Origin: Oscillospiraceae bacterium
GTDB lineage: Bacteria; Bacillota; Clostridia; Oscillospirales; Oscillospiraceae
DNA length: 64,000 bases
Assembly: GCA_017403885.1 (NCBI GenBank)
Contig: JAFRDM010000066.1
Coordinates: forward strand, 21,558 to 85,557
Direction of reading: 5' to 3'
Of the stretch, positions 45,944 through 55,275 are shown in pieces. A model generated the notes under the pieces. That model was not told the DNA's origin and made no database searches. It saw only the letters and a list, made by a program, of their open reading frames with translations. A program made the position numbers and the translations under genes. Within the stretch, counting starts at the first letter, position 1, and each line of letters begins with the position of its first letter.

Positions 45944-46032
45944 TGGTGCACGAAGTGAGACTCGAACTCACAAGCCCATGACGGGCACCAGGTCCTTAGC
46001 CTGGCGCGTATTCCTCCTTCCGCCATTCGTGC
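45944..46032 (-). tRNA. tRNA-Leu(AAG) (A34)
   Basis: Type II tRNA with A73 and encoded CCA. Anticodon arm is CCAGG-CUAAGGA-CCUGG, so positions 34-36 are AAG. Confidence 0.75.
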
Positions 46033-46035
46033 ATA

Positions 46036-46111
46036 TGGTGCGCCTTGAGGGGCTCGAACCCACGGCCTTCGGATTAAGGATCCGCTGCTCTGCCGACTGA
46101 GCAAAAAGCGC
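46036..46111 (-). tRNA. tRNA-Lys(CTT)-like, atypical (C33)
   Basis: Anticodon arm GCGGA-UCCUUAA-UCCGA gives CUU at 34-36 but C at position 33. There is a U-U mismatch in the T-stem. CCA is encoded. Confidence 0.55.
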
Positions 46112-46114
46112 ATA

Positions 46115-46171
46115 TGGTACACCCTGCGGGGCTCGAACCCGCAATTGTGGGCACCGGCATCTGAGCCCGGC
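46115..46171 (-). pseudogene. 5'-truncated tRNA fragment (3' part matches tRNA-Lys of array 2)
   Basis: The first 28 nt on the plus strand, tggtacaccctgcggggctcgaacccgc, match the 3' end of tRNA-Lys(TTT) at 62445 and 62524 at 27/28 positions. An anticodon-arm-like hairpin is present, but there is no D-arm or 5' acceptor strand. Confidence 0.5.
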
Positions 46172-46204
46172 ATATTTTTTTTCTACCACAAATATTGACA
46201 TAGA

Positions 46205-46242
46205 GCAAAAAACAGCCCATCCGTTTTTTACCGGACGGGCTG
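46205..46242 (-). terminator. Rho-independent terminator of the AEC transporter gene
   Basis: 11-bp stem with one mismatch (cagcccatccg/cggacgggctg) and a TTTTTTG run on the minus strand. Confidence 0.7.
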
Positions 46243-46419
46243 CAAAACAGATATCAGATAAATCGTGTGAGAATAGGTTGCTTTCTCCTTTCAGAATGGC
46301 GTGTCGCGACTTCATTCTTCCGGAGTCTGCAAGCTATGTCTCAAGTTTTTACCTATTCAAATTTGCGCAACTTATTGAACCTTATCGGTCTTTTGACTGC
46401 GTGTCCGCTCCCCGTGGCG

Positions 46420-47361
46420 TCAAAACATCCCAAGCGTTTTGAACAGCAGAACCCAGACGAAAAAGCTGAACAGGCTGAAGGCTGTGGTGACCACCACCAG
46501 ATCCCCGGCCAGCTCCGCGTCGCCGCATTCCATCTGCTGGACCATGGTGAAGGAATTAACGGCAGTCGGAGAGGCAAAGGCGCCCAGGATGCCCACAAAG
46601 GCCGCTCCGCGAAAGCCGATCAGCGCGGCCGTGCCCAGCAGCAGCCCCGGGATCACGCAGAGCTTCAGTATCGTTACGACGATCAGCGGCTTCAGATAAC
46701 GTTTCAGCCCCTCAAAGCGGAAAAAGGCGCCGAGCAGAAACAGCTGCAGGGGGGAGGCGACGCTTCCCAGAGAGAGCAGGACGCCCTCCAACAGCGCGGG
46801 GAGCCGCAGGCGTACGAGCTGGGTGAGGAGGCCGAGAATCGTGCCGACGATCAGCGGATTCTTCAGGACGGCCAGCAGCATCTCTTTCTTATCCGTCTTT
46901 ACGCTGCTGTAGCGTTCGAGAACGACGACGGAGGTGACGTTGAACAGCGGGCCCATCAGGGCCATCAGGATCGTTACGAGACCCAGTTCATTGTCCGGCA
47001 GAAGCGCTGCGGCTATCGGAAGACCGAGAATCAGAAAATTGCTGCGGTAAAGAGATTGGGCGATCACGCCTTTGTGCTCCTGCTGCTTTACGAGACGGTC
47101 ACAGGAGAGAACGGAGACGAAAGCGACAAAAAAGAAGCCCAGCGCGGCGAAGAGGATCGCGTCCATGCGAAAAACGCTGTTCAGATCCGACTGATAGATG
47201 CTGTAGAACAGCATGCACGGCAAGAACACCCGGTAAGCCAGCTTGTTGACCTGCGGGACCTCTTCGCGGGAGATGATACCGGCCGTTCGCGAGACGAAGC
47301 CCGCGCCGACAAGCAAAAACATCGGCACGATCGCGTTTATCGTCAGGAGAAAATGATTCAC
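46420..47361 (-). CDS. AEC (auxin efflux carrier)-family transporter
   Basis: 313 aa with about 10 helices; N-terminus ...INAIVPMFLLVGAGFV... is typical of the AEC family. GTG start with AGGAAGGGAG RBS. Confidence 0.8.
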   Translation of the reverse strand: MNHFLLTINAIVPMFLLVGAGFVSRTAGIISREEVPQVNKLAYRVFLPCMLFYSIYQSDLNSVFRMDAILFAALGFFFVAFVSVLSCDRLVKQQEHKGVIAQSLYRSNFLILGLPIAAALLPDNELGLVTILMALMGPLFNVTSVVVLERYSSVKTDKKEMLLAVLKNPLIVGTILGLLTQLVRLRLPALLEGVLLSLGSVASPLQLFLLGAFFRFEGLKRYLKPLIVVTILKLCVIPGLLLGTAALIGFRGAAFVGILGAFASPTAVNSFTMVQQMECGDAELAGDLVVVTTAFSLFSFFVWVLLFKTLGMF

Positions 47362-47393
47362 GCCCGTCTCCCTTCCTGGCGGCGCTCCCTGGA

Positions 47394-48344
47394 TCAGGCG
47401 AACTGTTTGTCGTAAGAGCCCTGGATCACCTTCATGAGCTTATAGACCGTGTCGTTGACCGGCGTGGGGATTCCGTGGCGTCTGCCGATCATGCCGATAG
47501 CGCCGTTGAGATAGTCCGCCTCCGTTGCACGGCGGTTCAGCGCGTCGAGAGCGGCGGACGGATACTGCGCGGCGACCGCGGGGAGAGAGACGTTGACATA
47601 TTTGTTCCACAGCGCATCGAAATCGAAGTGGATCCCCTCCGCGTCCGCCACAGCGACGCATTCCTGGAAGATCAGCTTCTGCAGCTCGAGTCCTTCCTCA
47701 ATGGCGCTAAGCTCGCCTGTATGAAGGCGCGTGATCGCACAGGGGAGATTGCCCGCGCAGTTGATCATCACTTTGTTCCAGATCTCGTTGTCACAGTTGT
47801 GATCGAACACCGCGCCGATCCCGCCTGCGCGGAAATAGGCTTCCACGGCCTTGAACTTGTCCTCATACGCGCCTTCAACCACGTTCTTGAAGTAGACTGA
47901 GTTCCTCTCCAGCGGATGCAGCTTTGCCCAGATATGGCCGGGGCCGCGCATGTGGCCAGACAGATGCATGACGCCGTAGCCGATGTTCTCCTTTTTGAAA
48001 TAGGGGAACAGATTTTCAATATTGCCCAGACCGTTCTGGAAGGTGATGACCACCGTGTCAGGGCCGAACAAGCCGGGCGCCTGCTCGACGGCGATGCGCG
48101 TATGCATGCCCTTCGTCAGCACGATCACCACGTCGAATGGTTCGCAGTCGACGGCCGGATAGAGCGTTTTCATAACGATGGTTTCCGGCTCGCCGATATT
48201 CTTTTCCATATACAGACCTTCCGTGCTAATCTTCTCCATGTGCTCCCGATAGGGATCCACCAGAAGAATATCCGCACCGCCTTTCTGAAGGACGGCACCG
48301 GCCATGCTACCGGTCCCGCCTGAGCCCAGGATCGCGATTCTCAT
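47394..48344 (-). CDS. 2-dehydropantoate 2-reductase-family (ApbA/PanE) oxidoreductase
   Basis: MRIAILGSGGTGSMAG Rossmann N-terminus; AAAGGAG RBS 8 nt before this ATG. Confidence 0.8.
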   Translation of the reverse strand: MRIAILGSGGTGSMAGAVLQKGGADILLVDPYREHMEKISTEGLYMEKNIGEPETIVMKTLYPAVDCEPFDVVIVLTKGMHTRIAVEQAPGLFGPDTVVITFQNGLGNIENLFPYFKKENIGYGVMHLSGHMRGPGHIWAKLHPLERNSVYFKNVVEGAYEDKFKAVEAYFRAGGIGAVFDHNCDNEIWNKVMINCAGNLPCAITRLHTGELSAIEEGLELQKLIFQECVAVADAEGIHFDFDALWNKYVNVSLPAVAAQYPSAALDALNRRATEADYLNGAIGMIGRRHGIPTPVNDTVYKLMKVIQGSYDKQFA

Positions 48345-48363
48345 GTTGTACACTCCTTTTCAA

Positions 48364-49404
48364 TCAATTAAACAGGTCATGGATCGTTCCGCTCTCGGGT
48401 ATGCCGCCGAGCTTTTTATACAGAGACAGGACCTCCTCTGCGACCTGCACGCGCAGATCGATGCCTTCGCTGCGGGCACGGAGCTCGTTTTTGTATTCGA
48501 TTTCGCCGGGCAGAAAGATCTCGTTGACGTCGTCCCTGCGCGGGGAGTTTTTGATCTTGTCGAAATAGGTGTCAAGATCTGTTTTCAGTTCGTCCAGGGG
48601 ACGGATGATGGTCGGGTCGATACACATCATCAGCGCACCCTCATAGTCCATCCCCGAAAGGATGGCGGCCAAGAGCTCTACGATCACGGTAAGGCAGTAT
48701 CCCTTGTGCGCCGCGATCAGCTGCAGGGAGCCGTGCTTTCTGTGCTCAAAGGCAAAAGGATCGCTGGTCGGTCTTCCGTTGTCATCCAGGATCCAGTCGA
48801 GCGGGATCTCGCGCTTATCGCGCTGCGCCATCTCCACTTTGCCGCCCGCGACTACCGTCGTGGCCATATCGAACATGATGCCCGGCGTGCGATGCCCTGC
48901 GGGGAAGGCGATGCTGTGGGGACTGTTGCCGAGCAGGAAACCCTTGCCTCCGTAGGGCGCCGAATTCGGCCCCGTCTTAACGAAGCACAGACCGATTAGA
49001 TCCCGGTCGGAGCACATCAGCGGATAATAGCCCTGGATGCCGCAGTGAGTCATGTGGATCATGGAGCACATACCGACGCCGCTCGTCCGTGCTTTTTCGA
49101 TGGCGATTTCCATCGCCGCCGGGGCAGTACAGATGCCTAGACCACGATCCGTGTCCAGAACTGCCGCCACAGGGCCGTCTTTCACAAGACGGACCTCTGG
49201 CGCGACCTGCGCCACGCCCTTGGCGACCAGGTTGGCATAGTGGTTCAGTCTGGCGATGCCGTGCGTGTCCACACCGCGCAGATCCGCCTTGTTCAGAACG
49301 TCTGCGCCGTTTCTGGCCTGCTCCTTGTCGACGCCGATGAGCAGCAGCGCGTCGTATGCGACTTTCCACATCCTTTCGGCCGTTACATGGATAGTTTCAA
49401 CCAT
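48364..49404 (-). CDS. Ldh_2-family (malate/L-lactate/sulfolactate dehydrogenase type 2) oxidoreductase
   Basis: ...ADLRGVDTHGIARL... motif. Start at ATG 49404 by RBS spacing; the ORF track gives GTG 49413. Confidence 0.8.
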   Translation of the reverse strand: MVETIHVTAERMWKVAYDALLLIGVDKEQARNGADVLNKADLRGVDTHGIARLNHYANLVAKGVAQVAPEVRLVKDGPVAAVLDTDRGLGICTAPAAMEIAIEKARTSGVGMCSMIHMTHCGIQGYYPLMCSDRDLIGLCFVKTGPNSAPYGGKGFLLGNSPHSIAFPAGHRTPGIMFDMATTVVAGGKVEMAQRDKREIPLDWILDDNGRPTSDPFAFEHRKHGSLQLIAAHKGYCLTVIVELLAAILSGMDYEGALMMCIDPTIIRPLDELKTDLDTYFDKIKNSPRRDDVNEIFLPGEIEYKNELRARSEGIDLRVQVAEEVLSLYKKLGGIPESGTIHDLFN

Positions 49405-49518
49405 TTTGGTCACTCCTTTCTTGAAAAAATGCCGATTTTAATTAATTCCAGCTGCGGGAGATTCCACAGCTGGAATTAACGTTATTTGTACTGTCTGTGA
49501 CGGAGAAACTGCGGGATC

Positions 49519-50835
49519 TTACTTGAAGGAAATCAGGCTGTACAGACCCAGGAAGTTCAGCACCAGGCAGACGGCGATGCAGCCGAAGGCCAGCGCGAAC
49601 TGCAGGTTGAAGCACTTGTCACGCAGCTCGGGGTCGACCTGCGCGATGAACAGCGAGCCGGAGGTTCCGAGCGGGGAGATGGCGCTGGAGCAGGCGGTGA
49701 CGGCCACGGCGGTGAACACGCCGCCGGCGGACAATCCGGCGACAGGCGCCACGGCGTCCACGATCGGGAACATGAGCGGGCAGACCACCGACACGGCGCC
49801 GACGAAGAAGGTCATCAGACCGGCGATGAGGCTCATCAGCGGCGAGATCAGCCAAGAGGCGATATTTGTGGCGATCGCGTTCGCCAGGATGTCGATCAGG
49901 CCGATCTCCTGAAGCAGGTTCATCAGCATCGTGAAGCCGCAGGCCAGGATGATCGTGCCCCAGTTGACGCGGTTCTTGATGACGGTGGTGGACGGCGCAT
50001 ACTTCAGCAGGAAGGCGATGACCGAGCCGAAGAGCATCAGCGTGGCCACGTCAAAGCGGTTGGAGAAGGCTTTGACGGCGGGAGCAGTCGTGAAGGTCGT
50101 GATGATGGCGGGAATGAGGATGCAGGCAAGGACGAGCAGGATCATGATGAACGAGCCCCTCTGCTCGCGGGTCATCTTGACCTTCGTCGTATCCACCTCG
50201 ATGTTGGGAAGCTTGTAGCCGCCCCAAACAAAGTAGGCGATCAGGAAGATGATGAACATGCTCAGGAAGCTTCCGAAGAAGAAGGACCAGGCCGTGTCCA
50301 TGCCGTGCGTGGGGTAGTTGGCGGAGTTCTCCACCAGCGTTTTGACGACCGTGTTTCCGTAGCCGCCGACAAAGTTCGAGCCGGCCATGGTGCCTGCTGA
50401 GCAGCAGATGATTGTCAGCGGGAGCTTCATGTTGATCTTCTTCGCCATCGCAAAGGCGATCGGCGCAACGAAAGCGATGATGGTGTAGCCGGTCGCACCC
50501 ATCATGGTGGGAACGAGACCTGTTGCAAACAAAACGAAGGGGATCAGTTTTCCTCTGCCTTTACTCAGTTTCAGCAGCGAGTCTGCGATCCACAGGACCG
50601 TTCCGTTCTCCATGGCGATACCGAAGAACATGGTGATCGACATGATCGTAAAGAAGAGCTTTACCGGGAACAGCTTGTAGAAGTGGTTGATGTTGGCATC
50701 ACCGAGACAGAAATAGCAGATCAGGATCGAAAATACCATGGCAAACAAGCCGCCGTTGATCTTCGTCGTTGCCGCTAAGACGATCGACACGATGATGGCC
50801 AATACGCAAATGATAAGAAGTGCGCTGGTTGACAT
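49519..50835 (-). CDS. Ion-transporter-superfamily permease (organic anion/carboxylate carrier type)
   Basis: 438 aa, highly hydrophobic with more than 10 helices. GAGGAGG RBS. The family call is approximate. Confidence 0.65.
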   Translation of the reverse strand: MSTSALLIICVLAIIVSIVLAATTKINGGLFAMVFSILICYFCLGDANINHFYKLFPVKLFFTIMSITMFFGIAMENGTVLWIADSLLKLSKGRGKLIPFVLFATGLVPTMMGATGYTIIAFVAPIAFAMAKKINMKLPLTIICCSAGTMAGSNFVGGYGNTVVKTLVENSANYPTHGMDTAWSFFFGSFLSMFIIFLIAYFVWGGYKLPNIEVDTTKVKMTREQRGSFIMILLVLACILIPAIITTFTTAPAVKAFSNRFDVATLMLFGSVIAFLLKYAPSTTVIKNRVNWGTIILACGFTMLMNLLQEIGLIDILANAIATNIASWLISPLMSLIAGLMTFFVGAVSVVCPLMFPIVDAVAPVAGLSAGGVFTAVAVTACSSAISPLGTSGSLFIAQVDPELRDKCFNLQFALAFGCIAVCLVLNFLGLYSLISFK

Positions 50836-51051
50836 TGCTCGTTCCTCCTCTTTTTTATTTTTGAGTTATTAAGGACTGTTCGGGAGCCCGCTTTCTCACG
50901 CAGGCAAAAGTGCGGACACTTTCTCAATGTACTGAGCCCCAAGTTATCAGTTTATTCATAATGCGTCAAAAAAGATTCAATTTCCGCATACAAATGTAAA
51001 AAAGGAGGCTTGAAGCAAAAAACCGCGCCGAACGAGAAACAACCCGCCGTC

Positions 51052-51810
51052 TCACAGAAACAGCTGGGTGGGGTTGTTCAGGGACATCAGGAACATATGC
51101 GCCGAGGTCGCAGCTGTGGGGCTGCGGTTATAGATCGCATGGTAGATCAGATAATGCTCGTAGCTGATCTGGGTTTTGAACAGATAAGTCCTGTGCTTGT
51201 CAAATTCCACGCCTATGTGGACGAAGGGGTACTTTTCTTCCGGGAGCTTCGCGGCCTCCATTTGTTTCCAGCTGCGCGTCACATACTTCCGGAAGCGCTG
51301 GATCTGCAGCTCGATGGAGGAGTAAGCCTTGAGAAGATATTCGTTGTGCGCGCACTCGATGAGATGCCGGTGAAAATTGTCCTCTGCAACATCCGATTCG
51401 TTGTCGCCGTAATGCTGGTAGGCCTTGTCCATTTCCACACAGTAACGGAACAGCTTTCTGAGATCCTGTGCCGTGGCCCTTTCGCAGGCCTGCCCGCAGG
51501 CCTGCCGTTCCAGAATATAACGGACGCGAAACAAATCGCTGAAGACAGAGGCGTCATAGGGGGCGACAAAGGCGCCCGTCGAGGCCTTCAAATAGATGAA
51601 TCCCTGCCTCTCCAACTCTTCAAATGCCTGCTTGACTGGAGTGCGGCTGGTGCCGAAGGCGTCGGCGATTTTATATTCGACCAGCCTGTAATGCGGAGCG
51701 TAGACTCCAGCGATGATGTCGTCGCGGATGATGTGGCAGATGGCCTCCTTATAGGAGATAAATGGATTGACCTCCAGCGTTGTCGCCAGTCTTTCCTTGT
51801 AATCGTTCAT
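51052..51810 (-). CDS. GntR-family (FadR/FCD-type) transcriptional regulator
   Basis: wHTH ...YRLVEYKIADAFGTSRTPVKQAFEELERQGFI... plus a helical FCD-like C-terminus. GGAGGAGGGGG RBS before MNDYK. The 419-aa ORF-track extension overlaps the upstream gene and was rejected. Confidence 0.85.
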   Translation of the reverse strand: MNDYKERLATTLEVNPFISYKEAICHIIRDDIIAGVYAPHYRLVEYKIADAFGTSRTPVKQAFEELERQGFIYLKASTGAFVAPYDASVFSDLFRVRYILERQACGQACERATAQDLRKLFRYCVEMDKAYQHYGDNESDVAEDNFHRHLIECAHNEYLLKAYSSIELQIQRFRKYVTRSWKQMEAAKLPEEKYPFVHIGVEFDKHRTYLFKTQISYEHYLIYHAIYNRSPTAATSAHMFLMSLNNPTQLFL

Positions 51811-51833
51811 ATTCGTCCCCCTCCTCCAGAGAG

Positions 51834-53111
51834 TCAGAAAGAGAATCCGTACAAAAGTGGAATCACAAACAGAATAAACAGATATCCCAAAAGCCACAGC
51901 GGGAAGCCGACCCTGGAATAATCCCGGAAGCGGTATCCACCGCTGAGCGTCATGGCCACGGCGGGCGTTCCCACGGGCGTAAGGTACGCCAGGTTGCAGG
52001 CGAATACCAGCGCGTAGAGCATAGTGACAGGATTGATGTGATAAAAGACTGCGAGGCTCAGAAACGTGGGGCCGAGCAGCGCCTGCGTGGCGATGTTGTC
52101 CAGAATATTGGTGAGGAACGAGGCCAGCAGCATGCACAGAGCGAAGATCAGCATCGGAGAGGCGCCGCTTCCCATGACGCGGATCACGCTGTTCACGATC
52201 AGCTCTCCCGCGCCGCTGTTGTTGAAGCCCTTCGTCATGGCGAAGAGACCGCCCAGCATCAGGCAGATCGGCCAGTTGATACAGTCGAGCGCGTCCTCCA
52301 GAGAGAGGCATCTGCTCGCGACGACGAGAACCGCACCCAGCAGAGCGCCTTCGCCGCTCCCCAGCACGCCCGCGGCGATGCAGGACACCGTTCCGACAAG
52401 GATGACGCCGGAAAGGATCATCCGAAAGCTGAGCTTTTCCGGCCCTTCCTCTGCCGGGGCGGGGAGCTCCCGGTCTTTCGGATCCTCAAAATCGAAGACC
52501 TTTTTTTCCAGGCGGTACCCGATAGTGCAGAAATACAGGGCCATGACCGCCATCATCAGCAATGTGGCGGGCGTTCCGAAAAAGAAGCTCATCAGGGGAT
52601 AGCCGGCTTCCTGCAGCAGATCCTGTGCGAGCAGATGCTGCGACGGAGAGCCGACAAGCGTCGCACAACCGCCCAGGGTCGCGGCGTATCCGATGCACAG
52701 AAATGTGTTTTTACGGCTGATACGCCCGTTGCTGTCTCTGGCTACAGACGCTGCCAGAGGCAGGAACATGGCCGCGCAGGTGGTATTGCTCAAAAAGCCC
52801 GACATGAGCGTGACCGTCACGATCAGGACGACGATCAGCAGCCTTTCGTTATTCTGTCCTCTGAGCACAAGGCGGCCGATCTTCTTCGCCAGGCCGGTTT
52901 TGAAAATGGCTCCGCCCACGACCATCATGCCGGGGACGCAGAAGAAGGTGCCTGTGCCGAACTGGGCCAGGATCTCCTTCGGCGTGATCATCCCGAACAC
53001 CGCCATTAGGAAGGCCGAAAGCAGCGCCGTCACCGCCAGCGGGAAAATCTGCAGGATCATCAGGATCAATGTGAGCAGTACGATCAGTAAGGCAAGAATA
53101 CCGGTTGACAT
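51834..53111 (-). CDS. SLC13/DASS-family (di/tricarboxylate or sulfate type) permease
   Basis: 425 aa, with ...SGFLSNTTCAAMFLP... and ...SFLTNILDNIATQALL... hairpin-type motifs. AAAGGAG RBS. Confidence 0.8.
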   Translation of the reverse strand: MSTGILALLIVLLTLILMILQIFPLAVTALLSAFLMAVFGMITPKEILAQFGTGTFFCVPGMMVVGGAIFKTGLAKKIGRLVLRGQNNERLLIVVLIVTVTLMSGFLSNTTCAAMFLPLAASVARDSNGRISRKNTFLCIGYAATLGGCATLVGSPSQHLLAQDLLQEAGYPLMSFFFGTPATLLMMAVMALYFCTIGYRLEKKVFDFEDPKDRELPAPAEEGPEKLSFRMILSGVILVGTVSCIAAGVLGSGEGALLGAVLVVASRCLSLEDALDCINWPICLMLGGLFAMTKGFNNSGAGELIVNSVIRVMGSGASPMLIFALCMLLASFLTNILDNIATQALLGPTFLSLAVFYHINPVTMLYALVFACNLAYLTPVGTPAVAMTLSGGYRFRDYSRVGFPLWLLGYLFILFVIPLLYGFSF

Positions 53112-53170
53112 TGCGGCGCTCCTTTCAGATTATCGTCTCCGTTCCGCCTGCCGGTCGGCCCGGCAGGGCT

Positions 53171-53887
53171 TCAGATGCAGATCCTGGCCTTTCCTCTGAC
53201 ATACAGCCCGGCACCGGGCGGCTTGTTCGGCGGGCCGTCTTCCGGCGCGGGCAAAGCTGCCGGGCCGGCGCCGCGGCAGAGCTCGTCCGCAAGGAGGTAC
53301 ATCTCGTCAATCAGCTCTGGGCCGACCGAGAGCTCGCCGTGAGAGGCGTAGCAACGGTCGAACGCACCCTTCATGGCCTGCAGCTTCTGCAGGCTGAGCC
53401 TGAGAGCGGCCAGGTTCCTTCCGGTCCCAAACATATAGACCGGGTCGGCCTGGATCGTGTCTCCGCCGAGAAGGAAGCGGCGCTTTCTCTCCAGCAGAGC
53501 GATGCTCCCGGGCGTATGTCCGGGCAGGTGGATCACCTCAAAGCAAAAGCGGCCTATATCGAAAACGCTTCCTTCCCAAAGCGGCAGGGAATCGGCCTTT
53601 TGCCCGGTCCTCGCTTCCATGGTTGAGAACTCCGCGGGGTGCATATAGCTCTCGTCGAACTGTCTCATGCAGCCGATGTGATCTCCGTCGCCGTGCGTCA
53701 GCACCAGCTTGACGGGCGTGCCGGCTTTGCTTTCGCAAAGCGCTTTCAGATCGCCGCCGAGACAGGAATCGACCAGAAGAGAAACTGTTTCGCCGACGAA
53801 TAGAAAGCATCTGGCATGCGCCTGCTCAAAGCACCAAATGTTGTCGTCGATTATTCTTTCCCGAAAATCCATTTTTCCGATCCGCAT
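53171..53887 (-). CDS. MBL-fold metallo-hydrolase
   Basis: LVLTHGDGDHIGC (HxHxDH-type variant) and ...HLPGHTPGS... motifs. Confidence 0.8.
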   Translation of the reverse strand: MRIGKMDFRERIIDDNIWCFEQAHARCFLFVGETVSLLVDSCLGGDLKALCESKAGTPVKLVLTHGDGDHIGCMRQFDESYMHPAEFSTMEARTGQKADSLPLWEGSVFDIGRFCFEVIHLPGHTPGSIALLERKRRFLLGGDTIQADPVYMFGTGRNLAALRLSLQKLQAMKGAFDRCYASHGELSVGPELIDEMYLLADELCRGAGPAALPAPEDGPPNKPPGAGLYVRGKARICI

Positions 53888-54104
53888 TCAGAACGCACCC
53901 CCCCGTTTTTGACTGTCATCAGCCGTCGGACATGATTCAAGTTATAATACGGAGATTATATCATCAAATGGGATTACGGAGATTATACCATCAAATTGGA
54001 TATTGTTCTTTTTTCCATGCAATTTCCTTTACCTCCGTGCCGGGAATCGCTTCGGCAGAGCGTTGCTTGGGGAAACTTTGACGCAGTTATGCCGCGAGGC
54101 TACC

Positions 54105-54539
54105 ATGTCCGTATGGAATAACGGGTTTTCGGAAGGATACGGTGACGGCATGGATACACAAACAAAAAGGTTCCCTCCTTGGTGGCTTGTGACCGCGACG
54201 CTCCTGCTGCTTCTGCCGCTGGGGCTGGTTCTGCTGCTCTTCAAGCTGATTCGGGAGAGAAAAATACCCGCGCTCAACGTCCGGCCCCTGCGGCTGCTGA
54301 GCATTGTGTTTTTTGTCATGGGCGCCTTCTTCATCGTGCAGTACGCGCAGGGAACGCTCCCCGCGGACGTGGGAGGAAGCGTCCAGGTCGCACTTGCGCT
54401 GCGTCTTCTTTTATATTTCGGCTGCGCGCTCGTCTTTCTTGCCGTGTCCCTGCTGCTGCAGAAAAAGGCACGCGCCGACGCGGCAAAGGCAAAAGAAATC
54501 ACTTCCTGTGTCTCCGCCAATGATCACTCCTCTCTGTAA
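54105..54539 (+). CDS. Hypothetical 4-TM membrane protein
   Basis: ORF with four hydrophobic segments. Start taken at MSVWNNGF, and both the start and the function are uncertain. Confidence 0.45.
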   Translation: MSVWNNGFSEGYGDGMDTQTKRFPPWWLVTATLLLLLPLGLVLLLFKLIRERKIPALNVRPLRLLSIVFFVMGAFFIVQYAQGTLPADVGGSVQVALALRLLLYFGCALVFLAVSLLLQKKARADAAKAKEITSCVSANDHSSL

Positions 54540-54795
54540 GCGGAGATTCTTCCGGGGTCGTCGTTCCGTTCCGTCTGCAGAATGGCCGGGCGGCGACCCC
54601 GGCCGCCTGTCGCTTCCTCAGGTGGCTTCAGCGCATCCCGCCTTCCTTTTTCCTCTGAAAACTATGCAAGAATGATTCGATGCCTGATATGTTTCCACAT
54701 TAGACATCGATCGATCATGGCATATATACCGGGCGGTGAAGAACCCGGCGCAGTTTTTTTCTTTTCGGCGGGACAAAACCCGCATCCGCTGCGCA

Positions 54796-54990
54796 TCAGC
54801 TCTTCGGTTGCTCATTATTCATTTCTTCAGCTTCGCTTTCGGGGTTTTCGACAAAGTACGCATACAGCAGACCCATGCCGGCAACGGCGGCGAAGGCCGC
54901 TCCCTTTCCGAAGAGCAGGGAAGCAAGCAGAGCCGCGCCCGCAAGCAGAGACAGCAGGACCGCCAAAACAGGGCTTCTCTTTTTCATCAT
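54796..54990 (-). CDS. Candidate small membrane protein (64 aa)
   Basis: AAGGGGG RBS; two hydrophobic segments followed by an acidic tail ENPESEAEEMNNEQPKS. Confidence 0.35.
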   Translation of the reverse strand: MMKKRSPVLAVLLSLLAGAALLASLLFGKGAAFAAVAGMGLLYAYFVENPESEAEEMNNEQPKS

Positions 54991-55275
54991 GCCACCCCCT
55001 TATCGTCCTGTATCGTAACACGGCGGGAAAAAAGCGTCAAGCCCTCAAATGGTTAATTATTCATTTTCAACTGCTCCTTGTCCGCCGCGGAGGGGGGAAG
55101 ACTCTGCGCCTCCGGCGCGCGGGAAACGCTTTTGAATCCTATAAAAAACAATGGTATCGCAAAGAGAGGCAAAGATCCTCCGAAAGTAGGGGATTGCTCA
55201 TTATTTGACGCTCGCAGACTTGAACGGCACAATATACTCGGGAACAAAATAGCTAAGCTTAAGGAGATTGTACTC

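Noticed and set aside
45238-46315. Protein ORFs from the ORF track that overlap the tRNA arrays (e.g. 45374-45760, 45703-46173, 61753-62115, 62734-63063, 63283-63531)
   Set aside because: They run through consecutive tRNA genes, so their reading frames are incidental.
51811-52311. N-terminal extension of the GntR ORF (419-aa version)
   Set aside because: The extension overlaps the SLC13 permease gene in another frame and is Arg/His-rich. A strong GGAGGAGG RBS precedes the internal MNDYK start.
54582-55208. 208-aa plus-strand ORF and other short ORFs between 54540 and 55275
   Set aside because: They have no RBS, Arg/Pro-rich composition and mutual overlap. Only the 64-aa minus-strand membrane ORF has an RBS, and it is listed at low confidence.
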